From contig NMRA01000017.1 in assembly GCA_002633005.1 (NCBI GenBank), forward strand, positions 858,157-922,156: 64,000 nucleotides of DNA, read 5' to 3'. Below the pieces are notes generated by a model. It was not told the origin of the DNA and did no database searches. It saw only the letters and a list, made by a program, of their open reading frames with translations. This stretch comes from Phoronis australis (Eukaryota; Animalia; Phoronida). Each line of letters begins with the position of its first letter. Within the stretch, counting starts at the first letter, position 1. Of this stretch, positions 1 through 10,400 are shown in pieces. Made by a program: the position numbers and the translations under genes.

Positions 1-2
1 CA

Positions 3-527
3 TACGCGCCAATCTGTTACAAATTTAAAAACGAATCGGATGGATACTGGGTAAACACTGGCTACGGAATGATATCTATGTGTCTCAAGGACTATCACCT
101 GGCAGGTGGTTATGACGATAGATGGGGTTACAAGTGGGGAGCTGAAGACGTCGACTTGTGCAATAGACTGAAGTCTGTCGCCATGGTGCCCTACATTTCG
201 CGGCCGCAACAAGAAGGATTTTACCACAAGCACAGTGGTAGCACACGAAAGACTTACAAAGGATACTATACAAAGAAGAACATGTACGACAAACCACTTC
301 CGGTAACTCCGCTGACGACAGCTATACCGGAAGATGGACTTGAGGAACGAGTCGCTGTGTTTGCGAAGTCTCGTCTGGAAGAAAAAACGCGTGACCTTAA
401 GTTGAAATTTCTAAGCGCTCAACAGACGCCCGTGAACGAAGGAGAGCTAATATGGTATGATGTCCGCTTTTTGAATATCAACGACGGTCGCAAATACTTT
501 GCAATTATTGAGAGCGTGTTATCATGA
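3..527 (+). CDS. 3' terminal exon of a GT7/CHGN-type glycosyltransferase (beta-1,4-N-acetylgalactosaminyltransferase 3/4-like or chondroitin GalNAc-transferase-like); 5' part lies outside the window
   Basis: Frame is open from base 3: YAPICYKFKNESDGYWVNTGYGMISMCLKDYHLAGGYDDRWGYKWGAEDVDLCNRL. The G-Y-W-x-x-x-G-Y-G ... GG ... WGxED signature is typical of the GT7 C-terminal region. Stop TGA at 525-527. Confidence 0.75.
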   Translation, partial: YAPICYKFKNESDGYWVNTGYGMISMCLKDYHLAGGYDDRWGYKWGAEDVDLCNRLKSVAMVPYISRPQQEGFYHKHSGSTRKTYKGYYTKKNMYDKPLPVTPLTTAIPEDGLEERVAVFAKSRLEEKTRDLKLKFLSAQQTPVNEGELIWYDVRFLNINDGRKYFAIIESVLS

Positions 528-2758
528 AGCAGGATATTTGCTCGCGTCCCACCGTTGAAAATATTTTTATTATGTAGATTACTTACCGCTGTAAAGATGT
601 TGGTCGCAACTCTTTATTTACTCTGAGAATAGGTTTTTGTACTTGGAAAGACGGAACTGAAAGCTCGTTATTTCCCACTCCATGTTCGATACATAAACGA
701 TTCCTCGTGACAAGTCAACTTGTTTGGCCTTATCTCAAACAACAGCAAGTGTAAGTCGATCCTTCCCAAGGCCAGAAATCGTGTTTAATGTAAGAAACAA
801 GTAGGGCCCAATTTCATAACTTTAGATGGTAAAAATGAAACGTTAGTGTCTTGGCAGAAGTGGGTCGAGTATACAACAGATTTAAACATTAGGCGAACAT
901 AGCAAATTTGAAAATCCGTCCAGTGGACGTAGCTGCCCTGGTTTCTTTGATCTCGCGCAGATTTCTGTTGTGAAAGTGGTTTCATCATCATGCTGAGCTT
1001 CGACTCCCTCTCTGGGTTTGATTGGCTCAAGCTACAGATCACTGAGCATTGCTTGGCTTCACTGAAACATTGTTCCTACGTATTGTTTGTGTTACCGTTG
1101 GGTGAATCTGTCTTTTACCCACAATTCGTTTTTGTAGTGTCAAAATTAGCCCAGCGGAAATAGTAAAGTTGCGACTAGAGCTAGCTGTAAATCGGAGTAT
1201 TCCAGCACATTGTTCAAAAACACGTGGCTAACAAAGAATAACACGATTGTGCTATTAGTGTATTTCGTACCGCCTGAGGCGAATTATTTGATGACAAATT
1301 TACGTAACCTGTCTGGCGATGTCTCAGTTTCATGCACAATTCGAGCCCCACTATTTTTGTCTAATGAATGAAGACATTGCTGTATATATGTATTTAAGCC
1401 TATGTGCCTATATTCAAAATAATGTGCTTATTCAATTTTTGCTCAGTTTTTCTTATTTAGGTGCACAGGTCAATTCATTACGGATATGAATACGTCTTGC
1501 CGTACAGGCAACTGCATCCGGGTATTTACGATAACGCTTGCACTAAACACCTAAAGATGCTCAATTGTTTTGCTTCAATAAGCCAACATTCTAGCGGCTT
1601 AGCATGATCGGGGGTTTTGGACTGACGCATTTTCTACGTCCAATTATATTTTGTTTTTGTCAACGGAGGTTTTTCCGAAATTTAATTTTTAGTAACCAAG
1701 CGATGAGATTCTTTCATGCTTGGTTCGTTTAGTAATTATTTAAATTATATTCGGTTATTTATCATATCACTTCACGCAAATAAATCGTATTTAAAAGTAA
1801 ACAAGCTTTCTTTTGTTTCTGCCAATCACACGATGACACGCTACAAAAGGCTTCGTGAAATACAGATGGACATCACACAGAATGCAGTTAGAAGACAATG
1901 CCTGTTGCAAGTTTTCTCTCCGTACAGTCAACACACGAACAATGTTTACACGCGTAAGGTTCCTAGATCGGAAGCCGGTCTGATGCCCAGGGGTCCATTT
2001 CATGAAAAGTGATTTCCGGTCAATACGTGATTAAAATCTAATTGTTTATCTAGGAAAATTTCATGTTTATCGCCAACTTCTTAAAAGCACTACTTCCACT
2101 TTGACATACTTTAAAAGGGAAGTCTTCGAGTACTTCAAAATTGAAAAATACTTATTTTACAATAATCTAAAATTCGAAAATTTTAATAACAGATGGGCCC
2201 CTATGGTACTTTTATTTTGAGGCAGTTTTATTTTTAGTCGTAAATAACCCCCACCACGAGTGTGCATGTACGTATGTATGTGGGTATCGATGTTTTCTCT
2301 TCATTTTACATGTTTAATAAAAAGTTTCTGAGACTATAAACATAACTGCTAAATACTGAGATACATTTTATAAAATATCCCAAGACTCACTGTTGCTTAT
2401 TACTTGCCTAAACCTTGATTCAGCATTTGTGAAGCGGGGTGTAAGACAAAATTTACGTCTTACGTCAACTTTTATGAAGCATATCTAGGAAAACATAAAT
2501 TGAACTGTTTAATGCCGTTGTCGAAAACCTGTGCAAGCACTGAGATTACCTGTTAGCTACTATGAAACCTGTTTACATGTAAAGACTTTGATAGTTGATT
2601 TGTGCGTAGAGATTTTACCACCTGTCATGCAGAGAGGCCAGAGAGAAAAGGACACTTGCTTGTGAGGGTATAGACTATAGACTATAGATTCCTCGGAAAA
2701 GGGGTATAATATGCGGCAGTTTGTACGCGATAAACGGAAACAAGTCTGGGATGGACGA

Positions 2759-2759
<1 letters not shown>

Positions 2760-2798
<39 letters not shown>
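2760..2798. repeat. (GT)n microsatellite
   Basis: Pure GT dinucleotide run of about 19 units. Confidence 0.95.
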
Positions 2799-2799
<1 letters not shown>

Positions 2800-3506
2800 G
2801 CGCTGGTAGAAAAGCGTAGAGCAGTTATTTCTGACATGGACTGTGAATAACACGACTGTTCTACCATTGTAATTCACACCTCCTGAGGCGAATTATTGGA
2901 GGGCANGGGGGGGGCAATGGAGCCATGCCTAAAATTCTCCCAGGTACCATCTGGCAGTTCGGTGTGCGAATTGCTGACTAGCATATGCGCGTACTCAGGG
3001 GGACTCGGCTCGGGGGGGGGGGCGAATGCACAATGCATAGGCCTTGAACAAACCCCGTTTGCCGTTTTGTTTTTTGGTAAAAAGGTCCACAAACCCAAAG
3101 ATTAGAGACCCCTGCATCCCTACATTTTAGGCTAAGCGCGCATGTGGCGAAATTCTGGTTATTTCTGTGCTCTGCCCCCAACTCAAAATCCTGGATCCTC
3201 CCCTGGGTCTGAGCGGAATGTCGACGTAAACAGCGCAGTTAATTGAACCGTTCATACTGGCTTCGATAATTAATGAACATCGAAGTAAACGGCAAGTGAG
3301 GCTGTCGTCAGCGCTGCACGCTAAAATTTTTTTCAATGTTACCATTTGGGAACATTTACATGTGCTAATTGACATTAAACTTATTTTTAAATCCATTGGT
3401 TATTATTAGAGCATGATATGAGCAGCTATTAGTGACGCCACTACCCTGTAATTGTTGACGATAACAGTGGAACCATCGACGCGTCGACGTTAGTATGAAA
3501 GGCTCT

Positions 3507-3815
3507 AATGTGACAACTTCAAAGAGCATTTATTAGATTTTAGCTTAAACATTTTTTACGAAAGCTAGCCTAAATGCAATTTACAATTGCTAAATTTTAA
3601 CTAAAATTATTGACAAAAAGTAACTGGGTTTACTATTACGCAAGTGCGTTATTGTATCCGCCATGTGGTTGAAAGTTTTAGACGCGTGGAGTTTTTCGGC
3701 AAAAACAAATCCTGCTATCGTCTCAGGTTAATGATATGGGCAAAACCTCTTGGAATTTTTGTCAAAATTCCGAGGATTAATTTCCAGGAGAGTTCGCCCA
3801 TGTCATAAACATGAC
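3507..3815 (+). repeat. Diverged dispersed repeat, copy 1 (copy 2 at about 5327-5630)
   Basis: Collinear shared blocks: aatgt(g/t)acaacttc, tacgaaagcta, tgcaatttaca, actaaaattatt(g/a)acaaaaagtaactg, gaaagttttagac, aaaacaaatcct, gtctcagg, gcccatgtcataaac. Confidence 0.7.
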
Positions 3816-3967
3816 TGAGACGAGTGCAGGTATTTCTATTTCTCACATGAACTGGAACGATTGGTTAATAACACCAATTTTACCTCAGTATAAGCCTCGA
3901 ATGGCCAATGCAACCGTGTAATAACCCATTTAGTTATTTCACTAGAGAAATATCATTTTTGCGGGAA

Positions 3968-4042
3968 GCGATGCCGGTTTCGAACCCGGTCCGCAAGAGT
4001 TTCGAGTCGTCGACTTTACCACTGCACCACTCAGCGGCTGAC
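3968..4042 (-). mobile_element. tRNA-derived SINE head or tRNA-like Pol III promoter remnant
   Basis: Minus strand reads ...gagTGGTGCAGTGGtaaagtcgacgactcgaaactcttgcggaccgGGTTCGAAACCggc: A box at 4019-4029 and B box at 3976-3986 with tRNA spacing. The acceptor and T stems do not pair well enough for a functional tRNA. Confidence 0.55.
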
Positions 4043-5326
4043 GTCATCGAACTTGAAAATACTTTGAGCATGTGCAACAATCGCATGTTCAACAAAGGGT
4101 ATTCGGTACTGATGATTTATACGCTGTGAAAAATAAGACGCATAATTTCCATAAAAACGATATTTAAATTCAGTGAAATTTTGCTCTCATGTTCTCTCAC
4201 TTGTAAATCACCGATCTCTAATTTGAATGCGGATATTGTGTCGTCAGGATCCTTTGGCTTGAGCATTATACTCAGTTACCAGTGGTAACCTACTTTAGCA
4301 TACGAAATTTTCCCGGTCGTAGCTTAGCGTGATAAAATGTGTAGTAAGCTATAATAGTTGCTAAACCTTAATTTATTTATTCACTTTATTTTTAATTTGT
4401 TTAAATTTTCAATTGGTTTTGAGTAAAAGCATTATTTGATAAAAATAGCTCGGCTTTTCTTAAAAGGTCACGACCTCCGACTCCGGGCCTCTGACATAGA
4501 AAGTAGTTACAAAGCCGAGGCGAGTCGAGAAAGGTAGATCGATTCATTGCAATGTTTAACAGTGTTGGAAAAAATGGCGTTCTACCGTTATTCTGCTGCT
4601 AAAGTTGTGGAGCGATCTCTAGCGACGGCTTTCGGGACCATGAAATATTGCGCCACCTATTGGCCAGTTTCTTTTTTCGCCGATTCTTCAATCAACGGTA
4701 CTTCTTCCACGAGGTTGCGTAGATGCCACAACAAATTATCGAAACTTGTTTCATTTAGTTACAAGCGTTTAGAACTTTGATACCGAAAAACCGAATTTCA
4801 GAGCAAATTTTGCTGCTGCGAAGTTGTCGCAAAAATTTAAGTTAGGAAATGGAGCGTGCGCGTGACACGAGCGTACCGTTTTCAAAACCACAACATACTT
4901 TTCATTGCTACAAAAGGTCCAGAATAACTTTGTTGCATTGTTTTTCACTTAAACGGTTGTAACGGGCAGGGTGATTGTCGGTTGATTCCCAGATTTTGCA
5001 TGCACCCTGTCCGGTCTTTAGCTTTACATGTTGAAACAAGTTTCACGGCAAGGTGACGAGCAAAACTACCCTGGCTGTGTGCAATTTCGGGGTCTATGAA
5101 AGAAAAACATGACAGTGGTACCTAGCTGTATTTTGACGACAGTTTTCATACAGCTAGTTTGCTGGCTAATCGTCATTGCAATGTTTCTCGTTCACGTATG
5201 TGGTACAAATAGATTATTACATGTTCTCAGTCGTGCCCCCTTATCTAAAGCCCTCGTGGTTTTTGGAGAATTATCGCCCGAGGGGCGTCAACCCTGCTGA
5301 CTTATTTATAAACATTTGCAAGTTTT

Positions 5327-5630
5327 AATGTTACAACTTCAGAGTTTCAATTAAATTCTAACTTGAACGTTGGTTACGAAAGCTAACTGCAATTTACACT
5401 GTTAAGTTCAAACTAAAATTATTAACAAAAAGTAACTGTGTTTACATTGCCCAAGTATGCTTTTACAAAATTTGCGTCATGTCACTGAAAGTTTTAGACA
5501 CGTCAAGTTTTTTGGCCAAGAGGTCGTTTTTAGGGTTCATGTGAGAAAACAAATCCTACACTTGTCTCAGGCAAGCCTCGGGATTTTGACAAAATTTCCA
5601 ACAGGTTGTGCCCATGTCATAAACCTGGAA
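5327..5630 (+). repeat. Diverged dispersed repeat, copy 2 (copy 1 at about 3507-3815)
   Basis: Same collinear blocks as copy 1, in the same orientation, about 1.8 kb downstream. Confidence 0.7.
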
Positions 5631-6546
5631 CTCGTGTAGGATTCTCTTAAGGCTAAATGGTACAGTAGGCGCGTCATTTCAAAGTGAGTTACAACCTATT
5701 GATCTACAACTGGGTGACTCAAAACACCCATTCATAGATACAGTTGTACCTTTATAATTAAAATTGACTTCACTAAACACTGACAGAAACCATTTTACAT
5801 GAGTAAGAATTAAATTAGACCAGTTCCCAGTTAAGTTTTTGTAGTTTGTAATATCACATGGCATTTTAAGTTTAGGTTTAGATTAAATGCTGACTTCACA
5901 GTTTTTCAGAAAACCATTAAGCGCTTCTGGAAAAAAGTCTTCATAAATTCACAGTACCTAGCACGCAACCGTGGTTATCATTCTTAATTTAACTTGCGCC
6001 AACATCTGTCTTTCTAGGCCATAATATGATCTTTCAAAATATGCAAAACATATAAAAAAACACTTACAGCTACATTCGAGCGCTTTCCGATTAATTTCTG
6101 AAAGACTGTTTTACTGTTTAAAGGGCGAAAACGCATTTTTGGAATTGCAGTTGGATGGGATATCGGATTTCATAAATTTATTAGCTTTCACCAGAGCAAA
6201 AAAAGAACAAAATCCTTTCATTTTTTGTGATGTTATTATATCGCCAATTCTCGCTTTCTCTTAAATCAAGTAAGGTGACGTTACCAGTTAAAACACGGGG
6301 ATTGGTTGAAATCATCAAAACAGGGTTAACTATCCTTTTAACAAACCGACTATTTTTGTTATTGAAAACTTATGATACCTGATATCAAAAGTAATTTTGC
6401 TGGCTTCAGTAAGTCTTTTAAGCTCGTTGTTATACCAGACGAAAGACTGCACGTACTTTGAGCAGTTAACAAAGGAGCCAGATGTACTATCAAGAAGGTT
6501 AAATAATTGAGCTGGAGAAGACTCAGTCTAATTATGGGGTGTTGTG

Positions 6547-6755
6547 GTACACGTTGTACCAGACGTGCGCATTGCATTGATCACTGACCTGGAACCATTT
6601 TTATGCTTGATTAATATATAAATAAAACCGAGCTGAGGAGCTAGACGGACCTGACTCAAGGGGCTAGCAGTGTGCCCCAGTGGGACTCGAACCCACGACC
6701 TTGAGTAGGCTAAAGGAAGCGGACACCTATCACACTATGCTACACTGCCTGCTCT
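6547..6755 (-). mobile_element. tRNA-derived SINE with CORE-like central domain, copy 1
   Basis: Minus strand: A-box-like TAGCATAGTG, B box GGTTCGAGTCC (6683-6693), then cccttgagtcagg...ctcctcagctcggtttt...taaaaatgg, resembling the CORE-SINE domain. A homologous copy lies at about 35733-35950 (+). Confidence 0.75.
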
Positions 6756-7442
6756 AAACAAAAAGAAAATGAACATGTTGTTTTGGATCGTTGATTTTGC
6801 CGTGTTGAACGATCCAAGTTTAATTTTTTAACGCGCGTGAAAAGTTAATTTGTGAAATAAAGTTGATATATCAACAGGCCAAGATACACCCATTATCTGA
6901 ATTCCAAAAGAGACCGCTTGTAATGCACGCAGACCTTTGCCTTCAAATATGTGTGGTTGGACCATCTTTCTCCGACATCCAAGATCCACCACTGCAGACT
7001 TTATGTAAATACCCACTCATGAGTAAAAAAAGATAGGCCTCATGTTTGTGAGTCAGGTTTTCCGAGTTCACGGCGATACGATGGGCTTTGGACGCCTACT
7101 TACCTCTATTGAATTTTACCACTACAGCACTGTGATCGGGAGTAGGCCGTAGTAGGCCTAACCGTTCAGTGGCTCATTGTCAACCAACACTAGGCTGGCC
7201 ATACGAATAATTCATGGATTAGTTAAGCTCCGAAGGCGCAAGAAGCTTGAGATCACGCGATGCGTATGTAATACATAGAGAAATGCTGCAAAGTCAAGGC
7301 AAGCGTGATTTTTTCGTTTTCGCGAGCTTCTTGTCTTGCGTGTTCATTGCACAATAGTCTCAATGGGAGTAGGCCTACCTATTCCACTAGGTGTCGGTAG
7401 CATAGCTACAGCTATTGCAGAGGTACACCAGTGTCGCGCAAG

Positions 7443-10400
7443 ATGCCTGCGAGAGTACCTATCTTCGAAAGTCTTTTAAATTACCTGGTGGAAAATCCAG
7501 TGTATATTGTGTTGGGCTTCGCTTTGTATGTGCTTGTCTGGGGCATATCAGTGTTGTTTTCAAAGCCTAATCCTGGAAAAAACCCGTTCCTGTTTGATAC
7601 AGCTCGTAAACCTGCTCCACTTGTTACGGATCATGGCGCGAGGGACAAAGTCCTTAAACAAGGTGAATAGCCTGTAACCGGGGCTCAGAAAGTGATGTCA
7701 GTGGAACATAAGATGTAGTTACCCATCAGATAGTTACTGTCCCCTATAAATTCATATCTGGCTTGTCCTTTTACAGCATTAGTTGTAACCTTGGTGCAAA
7801 GCATAGAAAATGTAGTTGACGTTTGCCTTCACTCAGAAGTTCAGCTAGCTGCATCTCTGTCGTAATTTTTTAATTCAGTGTTTGTTATGAAATATTCAGT
7901 ACAATGAATATACACATCCAGAAAGCACCAAGAGCCAATGTATCTGGCTTCATTAATTCATTAGTTTGTAAAAGCTTGGTATTAAGCCTAGCCAGATCAG
8001 GTCACAGGCGTCCTCAGCTTCTGATCGTCTCCAATCCAATACACTATATATACTACAAGACTCGGGACTATAGGAATTCCATGGGTGTGTAGTGAGAGCC
8101 AAGATTACCCGACCTCAGAAATCGAACCAGCGACCCCCATAAAACCGCCAAGCGTGCTAACCATTCAGTTAATAGGCAATTGCCCGTCTCAGCGAGTGGC
8201 TAACAGAGGCTCATATGATTCACCGGAAGCACTTTCACAACATTCCCCTAGGCATGCCACCAGGAAGTTGAACACCAGGATGTCTCCCATACGTAGGTCA
8301 TCAACGGCCCTTGGTACTTTTACCACCACAACACTGGTGAACACAAGGTAGTCTCTGATACTCAGCTGGTCCTTGACTCCTGCAACCTTCCATGCGTGCC
8401 GTCCCAAGGTCCGCGGGTACTAGTTGGCAGTGCTTCATCGGTAGATCATCCATCCTGCCGACTACGCCATTTGTAGTAATAGCCGAGATTACCCGACCTC
8501 GGGAATCGAACCAGCGACCCCCATAAAACTGGCAAGCGTGCTAACTATTCAGCTAATAGGCAATTGCCCGTTAGCGAGTGGCAAACAGAGGCTCATGTGA
8601 TTCACCGGAAGCACTTTTACAACAGGTGCTTCACTTCAGCCGTCCATATCAAACCCATAACTTAATAAATTTACACAAGCCAGGGGTTCTACAAACCGTG
8701 AGCAATTGTTCTTTCTTCTGATGGCATTTACGGTGTCCTGCTCGGACAGCAAGTTCGCAACAAATTCGCGGTCAAAGCACCCGAGTGTCATACCTTGTAG
8801 TACACATAAAGTGTATTGGGGAAATTCAAAAGCTGAGGATGCCTGTGGACTAGGTAAGAAAATGAGTCCAGAAATTTTAATATTGTCACAATTTTTGTCT
8901 CTGAGTTGACCTCACACAATTGCCTATTAGTTTAATTTCAAAACAGGAAAGGCGTGCTTTCAAAGTGGAAACTACATGATAATTTTGAGTCATGCTGGCC
9001 ATTGCATCTGAACTGTAAAGTAATATCACGTCCCATAGGGACTCCCAGTTTTCACAGCAACATTTCTGGAAACACAAGACATTGGTTTATCACAACAAGT
9101 TTATTTTCTGCAGTTTTGAGAACCTACCATTCCAAAGTTACATACATGCATATGGGTCATGAAGTGCTGTGCAAATGACCTGTTTTTTCCAATTATGGCA
9201 TATGTAGGTCAGATTGCTATATTATAGATCAATGTGGACCTTACCTGTGGCAACCAATACTATGACCAGATAGTTGGGAAACCAAGGCAGAGTGCAATGT
9301 AAATGCTTCTGTCTGATGCTTGCGAATGGAAAGAAAGTCAGCGCGACACAATTTTTAGTACTGGACGATGATCTTATTTATTTTTAATCTTAACTTATAC
9401 AAAAAGACTTGTAAGAAGCTTTAGCTCATTATTCTGAGTTATTTAATACTTTGTGATTAAATGTAAATCTTTTCCCACAAATTTTAAGTATGACGTGTAG
9501 AGTTACCCCAGGATTGTTATTCGGGTTTTTGTTCAGAAGATGTAAATTAATCGATTTCTAAACCATGCTAATCACATGTTCACCATTCAGGTTTTAGCAT
9601 GAAGAAAATTCCTGATAACCTCGATGTCATAGTTATCGGTAGTGGTATGGGAGGTTTGACTGTGGCAGCCATCTTGGCCAAAGCTGGAAAGAAAGTGTTA
9701 GTGCTGGAACAGCATGACCAGGCTGGAGGATGTTGCCATACGTTTTTAGACAAGGGATATGAGTTTGACGTGGGTGAGTACGTGAAACATCTAGCCAATT
9801 GGGTGTGTTGTCTAACCTATTGACAGGTTTTTACGAGCACGGGGGAAGAAATTGTATGGCATCTATGTGTCCCTGGATGTTTGGCTAAAATAATAAAACA
9901 AAACGATCATAGTTGATTGAATTCTTATTAATTATTATTTAAGTGCCGTCAATGTGCGAAACCACTTACTGCCGGCAAAGCACTTTGGCCACTTACAGAA
10001 ATGTGCTTCATTTCTGTGGCTATAGGATGAAATTATTCATCATTATGCTTTTAAAGCTCACACACATGACCTTGCAAAGTGATGTTTAAATGTTCTTTCC
10101 ATGTTTTCTAGTTTGTATCTAAAATATAGTGTACAGTAAAATGATTGGAAGGTTTTTATCTAAGTAGATTCTGGGAATTTGACATTATGAAATCAGCCTT
10201 TTACCATGTTCCTGAGTCATGAAACTCAAAATAAATTTATGCAAAAAGAAAGGCCAACTTGCTGGGTTTTCTCTGTGTGTTCTGAGATGGGATGTTCCCC
10301 ATAATTTTGGGAAATTGTACACGATGTCCCTGGAAAAGGTGTGTGATGTGCAGCTACAATCATTTGATGATAGCCATTTTGTGCTTGCTAAACTTTACCT

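Noticed and set aside
3968-4042. Possible functional tRNA gene
   Set aside because: A and B boxes are present, but the acceptor and T stems do not pair; treated as a SINE-like remnant.
8452-8469. Exact match to the tRNA-Ser 3' end including CCA, suggesting a tRNA gene
   Set aside because: Only 18 nt match and no cloverleaf lies upstream. Its position next to an LTR identifies it as a primer-binding site.
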